From: Cetorhinus maximus
Taxonomy: Eukaryota
DNA length: 64,000 nucleotides
Reading direction: 5' to 3'
Assembly (NCBI RefSeq): GCF_964194155.1
Contig: NC_135895.1
Location: 82,708,001 to 82,772,000 of the forward strand
Shown here piece by piece: positions 25,221 to 38,281 of this stretch (position 1 is its first letter; every line of letters begins with the position of its first letter). Under the pieces are notes generated by a model, which saw only the letters and a list, made by a program, of their open reading frames with translations, was not told the DNA's origin and ran no database searches. Made by a program: the position numbers and the translations under genes.

Positions 25221-27662
25221 AACCATAGTGGCAGCAGTGTGAATTCTGTTTGCAACAGCCTGTAGTTCATTTTTAGACCAACTAAGTTATTTTACGTCTC
25301 CTTGGTAAAAACTTTTTAAGCACTTTTGACTCAATTTGTTAATCTGATTTACAAGTAAATTACACCACATTTTCCTCTTAACAGCTGAAACCTATTTCAT
25401 CAGCAGTGACGTGACCTCTCAAGTGGATGTGGTGTACTTGGATTTCAGTCAGGCCTTTGGTCCATTTTCTCAAATGAATATCTTTATTCATTAATAGCAA
25501 GATGAAAGTGTTCGATATTAGCTGAGTCAGAGAGGCTCCAACCAGGCACCTTCCTCAACTATCCATTGTTACGACTGAATTCTGTTCGACAGCAATGTAA
25601 TAAAAATGAGATAAATATGTTTGTCTGTGCAGGATGTTCTATTCCTTCCATCCTCTTCCCATAGGCCTGCATTTTCCCCTTCTAGTATACATCCAATAAT
25701 CTTTTGAAAGTTATTATTGAATCTTGTTTCAGCAACCTTTCAGGAGATGCATTACAATTCAAAATTTTTGAGTAAAATCAAGTCTCATCTCTCCTCAGCT
25801 TTTTTGTCAATCATTTTAATTGTGTCTTCTGATTACCAACCCTCCTGCTTGTGGAAACAATTTTTCCTCACCTATTTCATCCAAACACCTCAGAATTTTA
25901 AATATCTTCATTAAGTTTCCTCTTAAACATTCTTTGCTTGAAGCCTCTCATCCTTGGTGCCACTCAGGGTGCTTTCTAAGGGAATTTTAATTGTTCATGT
26001 TCTGGTAGTGAGAACAGTCACCTGTTACTTTTAAGCCCTTGCCCCAAATCTAATATCTGCCTCCCTATGCAGCTGTAAAGGGAGAGCCATTCGGAAAATA
26101 TAGGTCAACTACAGCAAGGCCATCTGGAACGTAGGACAAACAACATGCTTTATGTCACTGTAAATGAAAAGAAAGTAAAAATGCCATGCATAATTTAGAT
26201 GAGACTATGTGCTGACAGGAATGACTGGATAAGGAAACCAGAATTGCCACTGGAATGGGGTGACAGTACACCTGCTTTATCAGTAGCCATGGATGTCCAT
26301 AAGAAGTGGCAATTTCATCCTAGACAAATACAATTTGAGCGCAACTAATGGGGATCGATGATTTGAAAGAAAACTCCAGCTGGAGATGTGGGAGGACTGG
26401 ATCTGCCTAACTTGCCATTCCAAATTAAGAGGGAGCACATTTGCTTGAATTCTTAAAAATAAATTCAGATAATATGAACTGAAGATGTCTGAAATATAGG
26501 TTAGTACATTTGCTTTAAGAATGCCAACTCCTCCTGAAAGGATCTAAGGAAATGGTGACAATCTTTCCATTACCTCTCGAAGAGCCCATAAACCTCTTTG
26601 GGGGATAAAAGAGCGGGGAAAAAATAGATTTCTACAGGAATCGCTTTGCTGCAGAGATCTGCACTCACGAATGCCTAAAGCCAGAGGTTATATTTTTTCA
26701 ATTACGTTATCACGATGAAGGTCCAATGTTTGTTCTGCAAGAAGCACGAAGGTTCAAAACAGTTAAGCAAAAATATGAATCAAGATGAAGGCAATCAATA
26801 AGGTTGCCAACTTTGAATTATAAATGCCTAAAGATTGCAAGTGAAATCAGGATCTGAACAAAACAACAGTTTTGAGGTAACTGAGAATTACTGTTGCAGA
26901 GGGAGTGCAATGACTTCAACACAATGAGGACGTAGGGAGGTGATAAAGTATGTCGGATAGGGCATATCTGAATTTAAAGGAATGAGAGAGGAAATTCAAA
27001 GAATCAATTACCAGAAAAAATTAATTAGAATAGAGGTGCAGGACATGTTGTTTCTCGTGTCCTGTCCAAAAGTGTGATCGGAGTGTCAAAATGGACTCCT
27101 AGATATGGGAACCATATTCAGGTCTTTATTGGGTTTTTTAGACACAGGTTTAGCAATTAAGATGTGGGAGATGCCCTTAAGATTAGAAAGGTAATTAAGA
27201 TGACAATTGATGGTTGAACTTGCAAGAGACCTATAAAAAAATCCTTGGACAGTACTTAAAAAAAGCTTTCACTGTCCAACTTCAAGGCATGCAAGATACA
27301 CTGCAATCAAGTGATTCTACTCGCTGAACTACAAGAAGAATGAAGATTGTATATGAGAGCATGTTAACTGAAGTTGATGAATGTGGAATGGAATGTTGAA
27401 AAAGGTGACAGGATTGAATAATGATGAGTAGAGAAATCATTGATAAAGAGGCTGGTTGGGTGATAGACCCTTAGAGGATTCTTTGAGTTAACGGCAATCA
27501 GTTCAGATAAGGCAGTTTTAAAGGAAATTAGGCAGCCATGAGCACGTGTGCAAAACAACATAAATGGCAACTTGTTCAGAGCTGCATGGTGCCAGACCCA
27601 ATCAAAGGTCACCTTAAGGGCAGCAAAGTCTTAACATTTACAAGCAGGAGAGATCCAGGGAC

Positions 27663-27975
27663 ATAAAAGCAAAATAAATGCATGCTGGAGATATGAAATA
27701 AAAACGAGAAGTGTTGGAAGAACTCAGCAGGTCTGGCAGCATCTGTGGAAAGGCAAACAGAGTGAATGTTGAGTTCAATATGACTCTTCTTCAACTCAGC
27801 TGGTCTGGCAGCATCTATGAAGAGAGAAACAGAGTTAACTTTTTAAATCCAATATGACTCTTCTTTGGAACTGTTCTGAAGAAGAGTCACATTGGACTCA
27901 AAACGTTAACTCTGTTTCTCTCTTCATAGATGCTGCCAGACCTGCTGAGTTCTTCAAGCACTTTCTGTTTTTATT
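27663..27975. mobile_element. Penelope pLTR cluster: two minus-strand partial copies facing one plus-strand copy
   Basis: Three hammerhead-plus-tail units; plus copy gtt-CUGAAGA-agagucacauuggacuc-AAAA-cguu-aac at 27873-27910. Confidence 0.85.
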
Positions 27976-29799
27976 AGAAATCCAAGGACACTGGCTTTCA
28001 CTTTAGTACCATGTTCAAAATAGAACATTGTGCTGTTTAATACAAACAATAAGAAGGGAAATCACAGGTCAGAGACATACAACAGGATATTGTCTCCTTT
28101 TAGAGAAATCTTGCATCCAAAGCCTACAGCCTGCGTTCCTTGTGTCTCCTGATTTTTCTATACCATACAGGCATAGTGAATTATACAGTCCAATAAACAG
28201 AGTAAAGGACAATCTGCATAGTGAAATACTAGCTTGGTGGTGATAAACAGATATTGAGGTTAAAATATTGGTGCATGGATAGGTTCTGCTATTGACAAAA
28301 TACATGTCATTATTATTTTACTGTTACTCCTGTCAAAGCACACCAGTGTTAATGGATGCAGTACTGATTTGGTTCATACCATAACTGGAAGCTAGGAAAC
28401 TCATTGCTGAAGAATGTCATTTTTTTTTAAAGGAGTAAAGTAGTTAGGTAAATGTGAATAAGCTCTGTAAATAGATAAAAATTTAATGGATAGTATCTGA
28501 GGCTGGACCAGGATGCTAAATGTACACTATTGTCTAAAACAATTTTGAGTTCAGAAACCTAAGGCATTTCATCTCGAATGGCTGTTCTTTCAGAGAGCAT
28601 CTAATTCATAACATGTGGATGGGATGCATCTATAACAGACCACACTTTTTATGGCGTTACGGTGCAAGTCTATTTGAGAAGTCATGGATATGCTGTGTAC
28701 GTTGGAGAGTTTGATACAAGCACCTTATCTTAAGATTTTCTGAAGTAGTACATCTGGAGAAAGCATTAGTTTCTGATTAATTCATAGGATGCTTGTGCTG
28801 TTCTGTTAAATCATAATTCTATAAAGCATTGTTCACTGTATAGACAGCAATTGATGCTAGCGGATGGGACAGATAACAATGTAATTGCTTTGTCACAAGA
28901 AAGAAGCCAATAGGACAACTCACAACAGCAGCTGAGGTATCTGAAATGGTTAATTAGCTACTTCTTAAAACAATGTTTGTGATATTTTACTTCTGGTCAT
29001 ATTTAATATTTGCTTGTTGAATAAACTAATTTCATAGGACACGACAGAGCAACAACTAAGTATTTTAAACACAGATTTAAAATAAAGTTGCTATTTTTCA
29101 GTTGTCTTAGCATGATGGCAATTAAATAACATCTATAAGATTTGATTACAGATTCATCTTCTTGTCGGATTAGTCTTTGGTAGAGTTCAGTCTGTTATTA
29201 TAGAACCATAATGAAGCCTGGGACATTCAAGGTTTATGAAATTTCCTGAGAACCATACAATTTTGCTGCTGAGCTAGAATCAGTTCAGAATGCTCATGAA
29301 AGGTTACATGGATAAGATTCTCCTTCAATTAAGTCAAGTTAGATAATGAAATGAAACAACGGAAACGAGATGCAAAGTATTGTTGAAATCCTTTTGAATT
29401 GTATGGATATATGATCAGCTGCTGAGCCATTTGGAGTTTCTAATCAGGACTGGTGGGTGAATGGTTGGGAAATTACGACCATCTGGGTTTTTTTTTAACT
29501 CAAGTTTCAAAATGAAGTTGAAAATTATGAAGGGAATCAGCTGTGCATCTTATCAAGAAAAAAATAAACTTGTATTTACATAACACCTTTCAGGAACTCA
29601 GGTCACCCCAATACTTTTACAGCGTATTAATTACTAGACAATGATACACTTATTTAATCTGCCATCGAATCTGAAAAATATGATCGTGAAAAGGCACGTA
29701 TGGAAAAGCTAATATAAAAATAGTTGACAGGATGATCGGAGTACAGCTATTGCCATTCAGGAAATGCTCAGGGTTCTGTGCAATTGTACACGTTAAAGA

Positions 29800-30160
29800 A
29801 CAAACTTATTTATTTAGGACCTTTCACATCCTCAGGATACCCCAAAGCATTTTGCAAGCAATAAAATACTTCTGATGTGTATTCACTGTTGCAATATAGA
29901 AAAATGCAACAGTTGATTTGCACAGCTTAAAGTCCCAATGAGATAATGATCAAATAATCTGTTTTAATGATATGAATTCAGGGGTGAATGTTGGCCCGAC
30001 CAAGAAACCTTAGTTTAACGTTTCATCTGAAAGACAACACTATCGTGTGCAGCACTCCTTTAGTATTGCACTGTTGCCAACCTAGATTAGGTACCCAAGC
30101 CTCTGGAATGGGGGCTTGAACCCATGGGTTTGGCATTTCAAACAGAGTGCTACCACTGAA
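29800..30160 (-). mobile_element. Deu-domain SINE; further fragments at about 17050-17210, 29565-29630, 30395-30490, 61150-61370, 63290-63560
   Basis: Shared cctttcacatcctcagga..cccaaagca...gtttaacgtttcatctgaaagac...gcagcactcc..agtattgcact sequence. Confidence 0.7.
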
Positions 30161-32175
30161 CCTTGTAAAAGGCATTTCAGGTGCCAATGTTAAGTTTTTT
30201 AAGATTTCAGTGCATTATATTTCTGTTATCCAACTTGAGACCCCTCACCTATAAAAGAGTAAACATTTTATCTCACAAAGCTGTCGATTTAGCCATAATC
30301 ATGGATTAATGGTCAGCTCAGCAGATGTGTGACTAGTTATTGCTGGATGTTGGATGCAAGGAAAGAAAAATGTAAAGAAGATCAGCAAACAAGGAATAAC
30401 TTGCATTTATATTTCACCTTTCAGGATGTCCCAAAGCACTTCACAGGCAGTGAAGTTTTTTTTTAAGTATAGTCACCATTGTATGGAAATGGCCAAATGA
30501 AATTCATCTCAAACTTCAGGTAACTCAAAAGCCAACAGGAGGCACCTTTCTCAAATCCTTACAAGTTATTTCTTTTTCTGCTCTTCCATTACATCAGATG
30601 CTTTGTGTAACTGTATTTCCCATATCACCAACAAGTATGGGGTTCATACAAAAGATAGGTTTTTTATTTTGTCTATAATTCGAGATTAGTATCTTTCATA
30701 AAAGCTTGAACATTCTTAGATCAGTGAAAGGCAAATTAACAGCAATTTTTAAGCTCTTATTTTCCAGTATTGTCCTTGACTCTCACTCTATGCGGTTGAG
30801 CAATCAGTTCAGAAAAATTTGTCCACTGAGTTACTATTACAAATTGATGAGTCATGTAATTGACAATAAACTTCAGTACAGTTGCTCACCAAAATGCATG
30901 TAAAACAGAATAATTACCCCAAATGTCTTGCTTGTCTACCAGGGTACAGTTGCACTGCAGAGTAACATGTAAGTGGACCTTGATCTCAGTCAGGGGAGGG
31001 AGGCAATGCTTGTAGGCTCAAATCACAGTGAGTCTATTTGTTCAATCCAGGCAAGCTTCCTTGTACTCGGGTTCAGAGAAAGTGACCCAGGACTTGGTTA
31101 TGTGCTCACCAATTTGCTGGGCTGGGAAGGAAGCCCAAAGAGACAGAAAATTGTAGACTAAAATAAAATATAAAAGCTAATTTAAAATAGATGGGCACAT
31201 TGGACAACTGTGCATGTGACATACAGAATTGGAAAATACATGATATTCATATCTTGAATACAGATGGGCAATTTTAAGATTATAATTTCACTAGATTACA
31301 ATGATTAAGTATGGCTGTCTGGCTGTTATTGCTTTTGTTTGTTAAATGCAGATTCACTTTGCACCTTTGACAATTTGTCCTTATTTTAGTCTTGCCAAGC
31401 TGCTTCTGATGGACCACATTCCAAATCATTGAGTGGGTGAATAAATTGTCACTCCAAGTGTGTATTGGCAGCAAGAGGCAAGTGCCAGAAGCCTGGTGAG
31501 GATATCTCTATTATCTCCCTCTCCTCCGGGGAGTTAGTGGAAAATGCAATAGATTAAAATGGAGCCGGTGGGAGGAGATTTCCTATCTACTTGATACTTC
31601 TATTGGTAGGTCTCCCACTTAAACCACCACCAAGCCAGCCAATTATTTTGTCACTTTTTTGATTTATGAAACCCTTTTAATCCATGCCAGCTGACTTTCT
31701 AATTCTGCATTTACTTAATCAGCAGTTTGTTGATTCAAGTCAGTCTATAAAGTCTATATAAAGCTTCCTTATACATTACTCTGTCTCATTATTACAGTTC
31801 AATTAAACTATCAACATATAACACAAAATAACTGACACTGATCAAATTCTAGTTGCTCAAAAGGCATTATTTAGAGCTGATAACAAGGGCCGGTGGACTA
31901 TTAAATCAGATTAATGAACAATAATAGTTTAGCTATTTTCAGACTGGATAATTAGCTCAAAGGAGTTTTCTACATGCTTCAAACATGTTGCAGCAATTGG
32001 GTATTGAGTCAGCAATAATACTCACCATTAACATATCAACACCACCAAGTACTCCAAAAGCAGAGCTCATGTGACCCACCTCAATCTTTAAATGATCATA
32101 CCACATTCTGTTAATCTCAAATGAAACATGTTTAGATGTCGAATATCTCACTTGTGGGTAACTAAAAGTAAGTTA

Positions 32176-32730
32176 GGGAGTGATGGTGGCATAGTGGTAA
32201 TGGTCTGGTAATCCTGAGGCCCAGGCTAATGTTCTGAAGACAAGGGTTCACATCCCACCATAGCAACTGGCAGATTTTAAATTCAATTAATAATCTGGAA
32301 TTGAAAGGCTCGTCTCAGTAATGGTGGCCATGAAACCATTGTCAATTTTCATTAACAACCCATCTGGTACACTTTAGCTCTGAAGAAGAGTCATACGGAC
32401 TCAAAATATTAACTCTGTCTTTCTCTCTACAGATGCTGTTAGACCTGCTAAGTTTTTCCAGCATTTTCTGTTTTTGTTTCAGATTTCCAGCATCTGCAGT
32501 ATTTTGCTTTTATCATCTGGTTCACTAGTGCTCTTTAGGCAAGGAAATCTGCAGTCCTTATCTGATCTGGCCTACATGTGATTCCCGACCCACAGCAATG
32601 TGGTTGACTCTTAACTGCCCTCTGAAATGGTGTGACATGCCACTTAGTTCATAGGCAATTAGGAATGGGCAACAAATGCTGGCCTTGTCAGCGATGGCCA
32701 CAGCCCATAAAAGAATAAATATAAAAAAAG
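32176..32730 (+). mobile_element. tRNA-derived SINE with a nested Penelope pLTR unit
   Basis: Head ggtggcatagtggtaatg...ggttcacatccc; family core and A-rich tail. Confidence 0.85.
32369..32513 (+). mobile_element. 145-bp Penelope hammerhead-plus-tail insert with 8-bp TSD CATCTGGT
   Basis: CATCTGGT at 32361-32368 and 32514-32521. Confidence 0.85.
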
Positions 32731-33929
32731 TATATCTGGGAATCATTTTTCATAACACTTGACTCCACATGCTACCTCAGTCTTGTTGAAACCTCAGCTA
32801 ACATTTTTATTTTTGCTTGCCAGCAGACTGTTACTGTTTCAGATTATGCACTATTAGGCAAGGAACGGGACTTGATCTTCAATGAACTCACAAGGCCAAG
32901 TGGTTTTGTCACTCTAATGTATAGTATTACATTACGAATGACAATTAACATTTGCAGAGTAAACCTAGTAATTGTCAGGGGCACATCAATTGTGATCAGT
33001 CTATTTCTTTTGTACTCCAAATTCCTTGACTGAAATTTGCACTTAACCAATGCTACAATTTAACATAAACAGTGAATGGCTGGGAGCAAACAAAAGGGCT
33101 CTGTAGACTTGTCGTCTCTTCCCAAATTTGTGGCTTTTTCAATTTCAGTCACAGTTTAGTGAAGCCTGCAATTATAAGAGAAGCAACTACAGACATTTCC
33201 ATTCTCTGTTGAATTTTTAATGCAATCACATTAGAGATGTTATGAAATAACAGGGATATTTTGATACTGCTCGTTTTTTTTTAGTAATGTCACTGTGCTG
33301 TTGCATGTAAAAATATCACAACTTTTACAAGGTAATTATGGATCAAGCTCAGTATTGGAGAAATGATTCATTAGCTGTCCAAGGGATCAATTGGGCAATA
33401 CAAATATCTTCAGCCAATCTTAACGTATGCATTGGCTTAATATGGTTCAAGGGTGGAGCCACGCCAGGCTAGATTTGATATAACATTTTAAACCATATGA
33501 CAATTGACAAATCAAAAACCTGAATGAGAGTTCATTAATAACTGCATTCCATCAGACCCACTTCTTTTGTTTGATCTTCCACATGAACCTGGTGCCAAAC
33601 ACTGTATTACCTTTGATCAACTCAATTCTGACATCAAGAATCCTTTCAGTTGCCCAGGCACCATTTCCCCAATCACAACTCCCTCCCTGCTCTGTTCTCT
33701 TCTACTATTGTGCCATTTCTAACCTCCTCTTCTCCTTTAAGGTGCTCAAAAATTTCACCGTTCAAATTCTTTCAGCTTGGTTTTCATTCAATCACAGCAC
33801 CAACACTCAATAACATCCTGTATTATTGTGCCTTCTCTGCAGCCCTTGATATAATTCACTACCACATTCTTATCGATCTTAGTTACCTAACTCCCACACT
33901 GTGTACGTCATAGTTAAATTTCTGACTAC

Positions 33930-36385
33930 TCTGGTTCTGCGCTACCTTCCCTTCTAAATTTGGAAACACCAAGTGTAGATGTGTACGCAGACGGCGTTTC
34001 ATTAATAACTCCAACGGTGTTGAACCCGTAGCTGAATGTGGTATTGTACAATAACAAGAGAAACCGGGAAAGCTGAGATTCCAGAGTGCCTTCCGATTAA
34101 CTTCTTCATACCAGACTTAAAAGTTTGTACAGCCCTCTCCGTTGGATCATTCGATGAGGGATGCCAAGGAGCTGTCTTTATATGGCGGATTCCATTCAGA
34201 TCCATAAATTTCTGAATCTTGGTGCTGGTAAAGGCTGTACCATTATCAGAGAAGACAAGTTCAGGTAGGTCATGTATGTTGAAACAGTGACATAGCTTCT
34301 CAATAGTTGTGTTCAACGTTGGCATTTTGACTTCGTATACATCCATCCATTTTGAATATGCATCTACAATTAACAAGAACATGGTACCTAGGAATGGTCC
34401 TACATACTCAACCCAGGATTGACCAGGGTACTCCCACGGATGCAGGAAGCTGAAACAGGAAACTTCTGTTGTTGCTGACAGTGCTTGACCATGCTTTCAC
34501 TGTCACGGTCAATGCCTGGCTACCATACATAGCTTTGCGCAAGCATTTTCACCTTTGATATGCCTGGATGCGCACTGTGGGGCCCTGTCAAGAATGACTC
34601 TCTATCTTGTGATGGGACCACAACTCTTGAACCCCACAACACAATTCTGTCTTGACAGCTTAATTCCGTGTTTCTGGCATGTAATGGTCCCAATTCTTCA
34701 GATACAGGCAAGTTTGGCCATCCTTGCAAAACAAAGTCTCTAACTTTCGACAATATTGGATCTCTGTCCAATTTCTAATTTGTTTCGCACACACAGTCAA
34801 AGAATCTAAGAAATTCAATAATAGCACTAATTCTTGTGGAATGGGAGTATTTACAATACTATCTGATTTTAGGTGTAATATCTTGGACCAGTCAAGTCTT
34901 ATCTTCTGTAGCCAATCTCGACCTAAAAGACTGGTTCCCTCCCCTTTTACAATTATCACAGGCAGTTGGGCTGTCTGTCGCTTGTAACAGACTGGGACAG
35001 TGGCAATGCCCTTGACTTAAATAGATTCTCCCGTGTAAGTTCATAACTTAGCGGTTGTCCACTCCAAGTTCATTGGCTGTCTTCCTTCATTTTGGTACCT
35101 GAAAGTGTGCTCCCCAATCACAGTAGTTGAGGCACTGGTGTCCACTTCCATACATAGTGGCTTCTCATTTACTTGTACTGTCACCGTAATAGGCTCAGTT
35201 TTCACAGCAGTTACATTATACAAGGAGTACACATCAGTATCAGCAGCTTCAGCCTTTGCTGTACCTGTTAACTTGATCATGTTTATTTGCTGTCTTGCAG
35301 GCTGCTTCATCTTTGTTCGGCATTGTCTAGTCACGTGTCCCTTCTTATGACAATAATGGCATTTTGTCTCTCTGAATTTACAAGTATATGCTCTGTGGTT
35401 ACCTGAAGTCGTCGATGAAGCGTTTCTGTTAGGCTTCTTAATGTTTCTTACAGTGGTCATTGAATCGTGCTTTAATTCTGCAGGTCTGGTTTTCGCATTG
35501 GCAGCAGGTGCCCTCCCCACATGAAGTAAGGCACCATTATCCATGTGTTGCAAAGTCTGCGAGTCTTTCGCAGCGCTTTCCATGGCGCAGGAGATTTCTA
35601 GGGAGTGCTTAAAGTCGATATCGATTTCGGCAAGCAAGCCGCACTATATGGCATCGTCCTTGACTCTGCATACCAGTCGGTCGCGCAGTATATCGTTTAA
35701 CACATCCCCAAAGTTGCAGTACTTCGTTAACTGTTTGAGGTTCGCCACATAGGTTGTGATGGACTCTCCTGGGGCACGAACTCTTGAACTAAATTTAAAG
35801 CACTGCATTATCATGGACAGTTTTGGCTGGAAGTGTGCTTTCACTAGGTCCACTAACTCACCATACGACTTGGAATCAGGTTTGCTTGGGGCATGTTGTG
35901 AATCAGGTTGCATGTTTTACTGCTTCATGCACTTTAGAGGATTTTTCTCAATAGTTTTCTTTGGCAGTTATTTCATTTGCTACAAAGTAAAATCCGAGGT
36001 GCTCAACATACTGGCTCCAATCTTCAATATTAGCATCATTTGGATCGATTCTTCCAAACGGTGGTATGATTTGCGGGTGGTTTTTAAAATTCGATTTACT
36101 CACAGTAAAAGGGCAAGGTGCACAGTTGAAGTTGATTTTACTCTCGTCACCAAATATGATGACTTGATGGAGCAGGTTTCGTAAAGAAACAGTAAAACTT
36201 TATTATGGAGACATCTCGGAGTTCTTGCACTTAGACCCGATCTCTCGTCTGAAAGACTCAGTCCCCCAGATTGCCCATGCTAACAGTTCACTGGTCGAAG
36301 CACCCGCAGTACATTACGTGACCCATGATTGACAGGAGGCAGGGACAATACATACAGTTCCCACAATTAACCATATCCAAACCAA
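33930..36385 (-). mobile_element. Gypsy (Mag-like) LTR retrotransposon remnant: 5' LTR, PBS, gag, protease, integrase; RT/RNase H deleted
   Basis: PBS TGGTGACGAG at about 36144-36153; gag LRDRLVC and CHYCHKKGHVTRQC; protease MEVDTSAS..LLGRDWL; integrase LIVDAYSKW..SDNGTAFTS..ERAVQTFK. LTR limits are approximate. Confidence 0.9.
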
Positions 36386-36389
36386 GTCT

Positions 36390-37330
36390 TGATCTATATT
36401 AATAACTGAGACTTGAGTGGGCAGGGCACAATTTCAAAATTTTCAGCTGACACAAAACTTGAAAGCATTGTCAACCGTGAGAAGAATAGACTTCAAGAGT
36501 TAGACAGGCTGGTGGAATGGATGGACACATGGCAGATGAAATTTAAATGCAGGGAACTGTGAAGGTGATAATACATTTTGGTAGGAAGAACAAGGAGAGC
36601 GAATATAAAATAATGGATACAATTCTAAATAGAGTGCAGGAGCAACTGGGCCTGGGGTATATATGCCTAAATCAGTGAAGATGGCAGGGCAGGTTGAGAA
36701 AACTATTAATAAAGCATACGGGATCCTGGGCTTTATGAACAGAGGCACAGAGTACAATGTCAGGAAGTTATGGTGAACCTGGTTATAAAACACTGATTCA
36801 AGCTCAACTGGAGTTTTGTTTCCAATTCTGGGCAGCACACTTTAGGTAGCATCTTAAGACACTTGAGAGGATGCAGACAAGAACCACAAGCATGGTTCCA
36901 GAGATAAGAGACTTCAGTTACATTGGTGAAAGTGGGGCTCTTTTTAGAGAAGGGAAAGTTGAGAGGATATTTGATGGAGGTGTTCAAAATCATGAGGGAT
37001 CTGGACAAAGTAGAAAGAGAGAAACTGTCCCCATTGGTACATGGGTCAAAAACCAGAGGATACGGATTTAAAAAGACTCGCAAAAGAACCAGAGGTGACT
37101 TGAGGTCAAACTTATCTTTGCAATGAGTGGTTAGGATCTGGGATGCCTGAGGTTGGGGGTGATGGCAGATTTAATTGTGGCTTTAAAAAGGGGACAGGAA
37201 ATTATCTGAAGGGAAAAGATTTATGGAGCTATGGGGAAAAGGTGGGGAGTGGGACCAGCTCTCACAGAGAGCCAGCATGGACATGGTGGGCTGGATAGCC
37301 TCCTTGTATGTTGTACTTATTCTATGATTA
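36390..37330 (+). mobile_element. CR1-type LINE 3' fragment
   Basis: ADTKL, WMDTWQMKF, LRGYLMEVFKIMRDLD motifs and tail. Confidence 0.85.
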
Positions 37331-37344
37331 AAATTTAAAGAATG

Positions 37345-37930
37345 CAAGCTAGCCAAACCCCCTTTTACCTCCTCAATAATTCTGTCTACCTTGGATCCCA
37401 GTTCACACCCACAGTGACTGAAACTCTAATCTATGAGACTGCTCCAGGCTCTACTGCTAATTGGCCTCCTGACCACCATCCAACAAGAATACCAACTCAC
37501 AGAGAACTCCACCAAACTAAGTTACCTTTAAGTATTGCCCTTAACTTGCTGATTTTCAATGGCTTCCCAGATCCCAGAGCATTGACTTCAAAACGCTTAA
37601 CCTCATTTACAAAGCCCTCTGGAGTCTCACTCCAAATAATCTGTTCAACCATCAGCAGCCCTTCAGCCCAGAATAGTCACAACACCCCATTGAACTTAGT
37701 TTCACAGCCCTCCATGATCAACGCCAAGAACCTTCAGTCACAAGGCCTCACACACTCTGAAGTTCTCTTTTCAAAGCTATTTGCCCTTTGCAACATCTTC
37801 TTCCACTTCTGTAAACCTTCGCAAAACCTTACTGCCAACCTTAGGCACTTTCCCATAACTGTGCTTGCAATCTTCTGCTTGGTGGCACATGCTGCTTTGA
37901 GAGTTTTGAAATGCTAAAATGCAGTATGAG
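37345..37930 (+). mobile_element. Ancient L2 3' fragment
   Basis: Degenerate ETLIY..., cccattggcttcc-like core, tail gctttgagagtttt...aaatgcag. Confidence 0.45.
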
Positions 37931-38281
37931 TGTAATTTCTATATACAGTGATAAGCATGGCATTGCTCACACACACTGGTGCTGTAGTGCGGTATGGGTT
38001 TTCAGGACATCACCCCGTGCTGCCTTGTTAGCTGTGTTGTTGCAAGGGACTATTGGGTGCAATGCTGCTACTTCCTCAGAAAAAGAACTAATTTCTGGGA
38101 ACTATTATCACAGGTTAGGGGTGCAGGTTCTTAATCCTCTCAGCTGCTATTACTGTATATCCCAGGTTATGAACACAGTATAAAATTAAGAGGGAGTCAT
38201 ATCCTCAACTAACTTAACAACATATCAGTGGGTAACAGAAACAATGGGCTCACCTGAAGACAGTCAGTGCGAAGAAACAAT

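Noticed and set aside
27663-27975. Short repeats resembling a CRISPR-like array
   Set aside because: Penelope pLTR copies in mixed orientation, with no unique spacers and no cas genes, in a eukaryotic context.
32146-32175. Possible 10-nt microexon tag|TTACCCACAA|gtgag
   Set aside because: It would shift the frame, and the acceptor context is created by the adjacent SINE end.
37342-37917. 191-aa ORF
   Set aside because: Overlies a decayed L2 fragment; no recognisable domain or exon boundaries.
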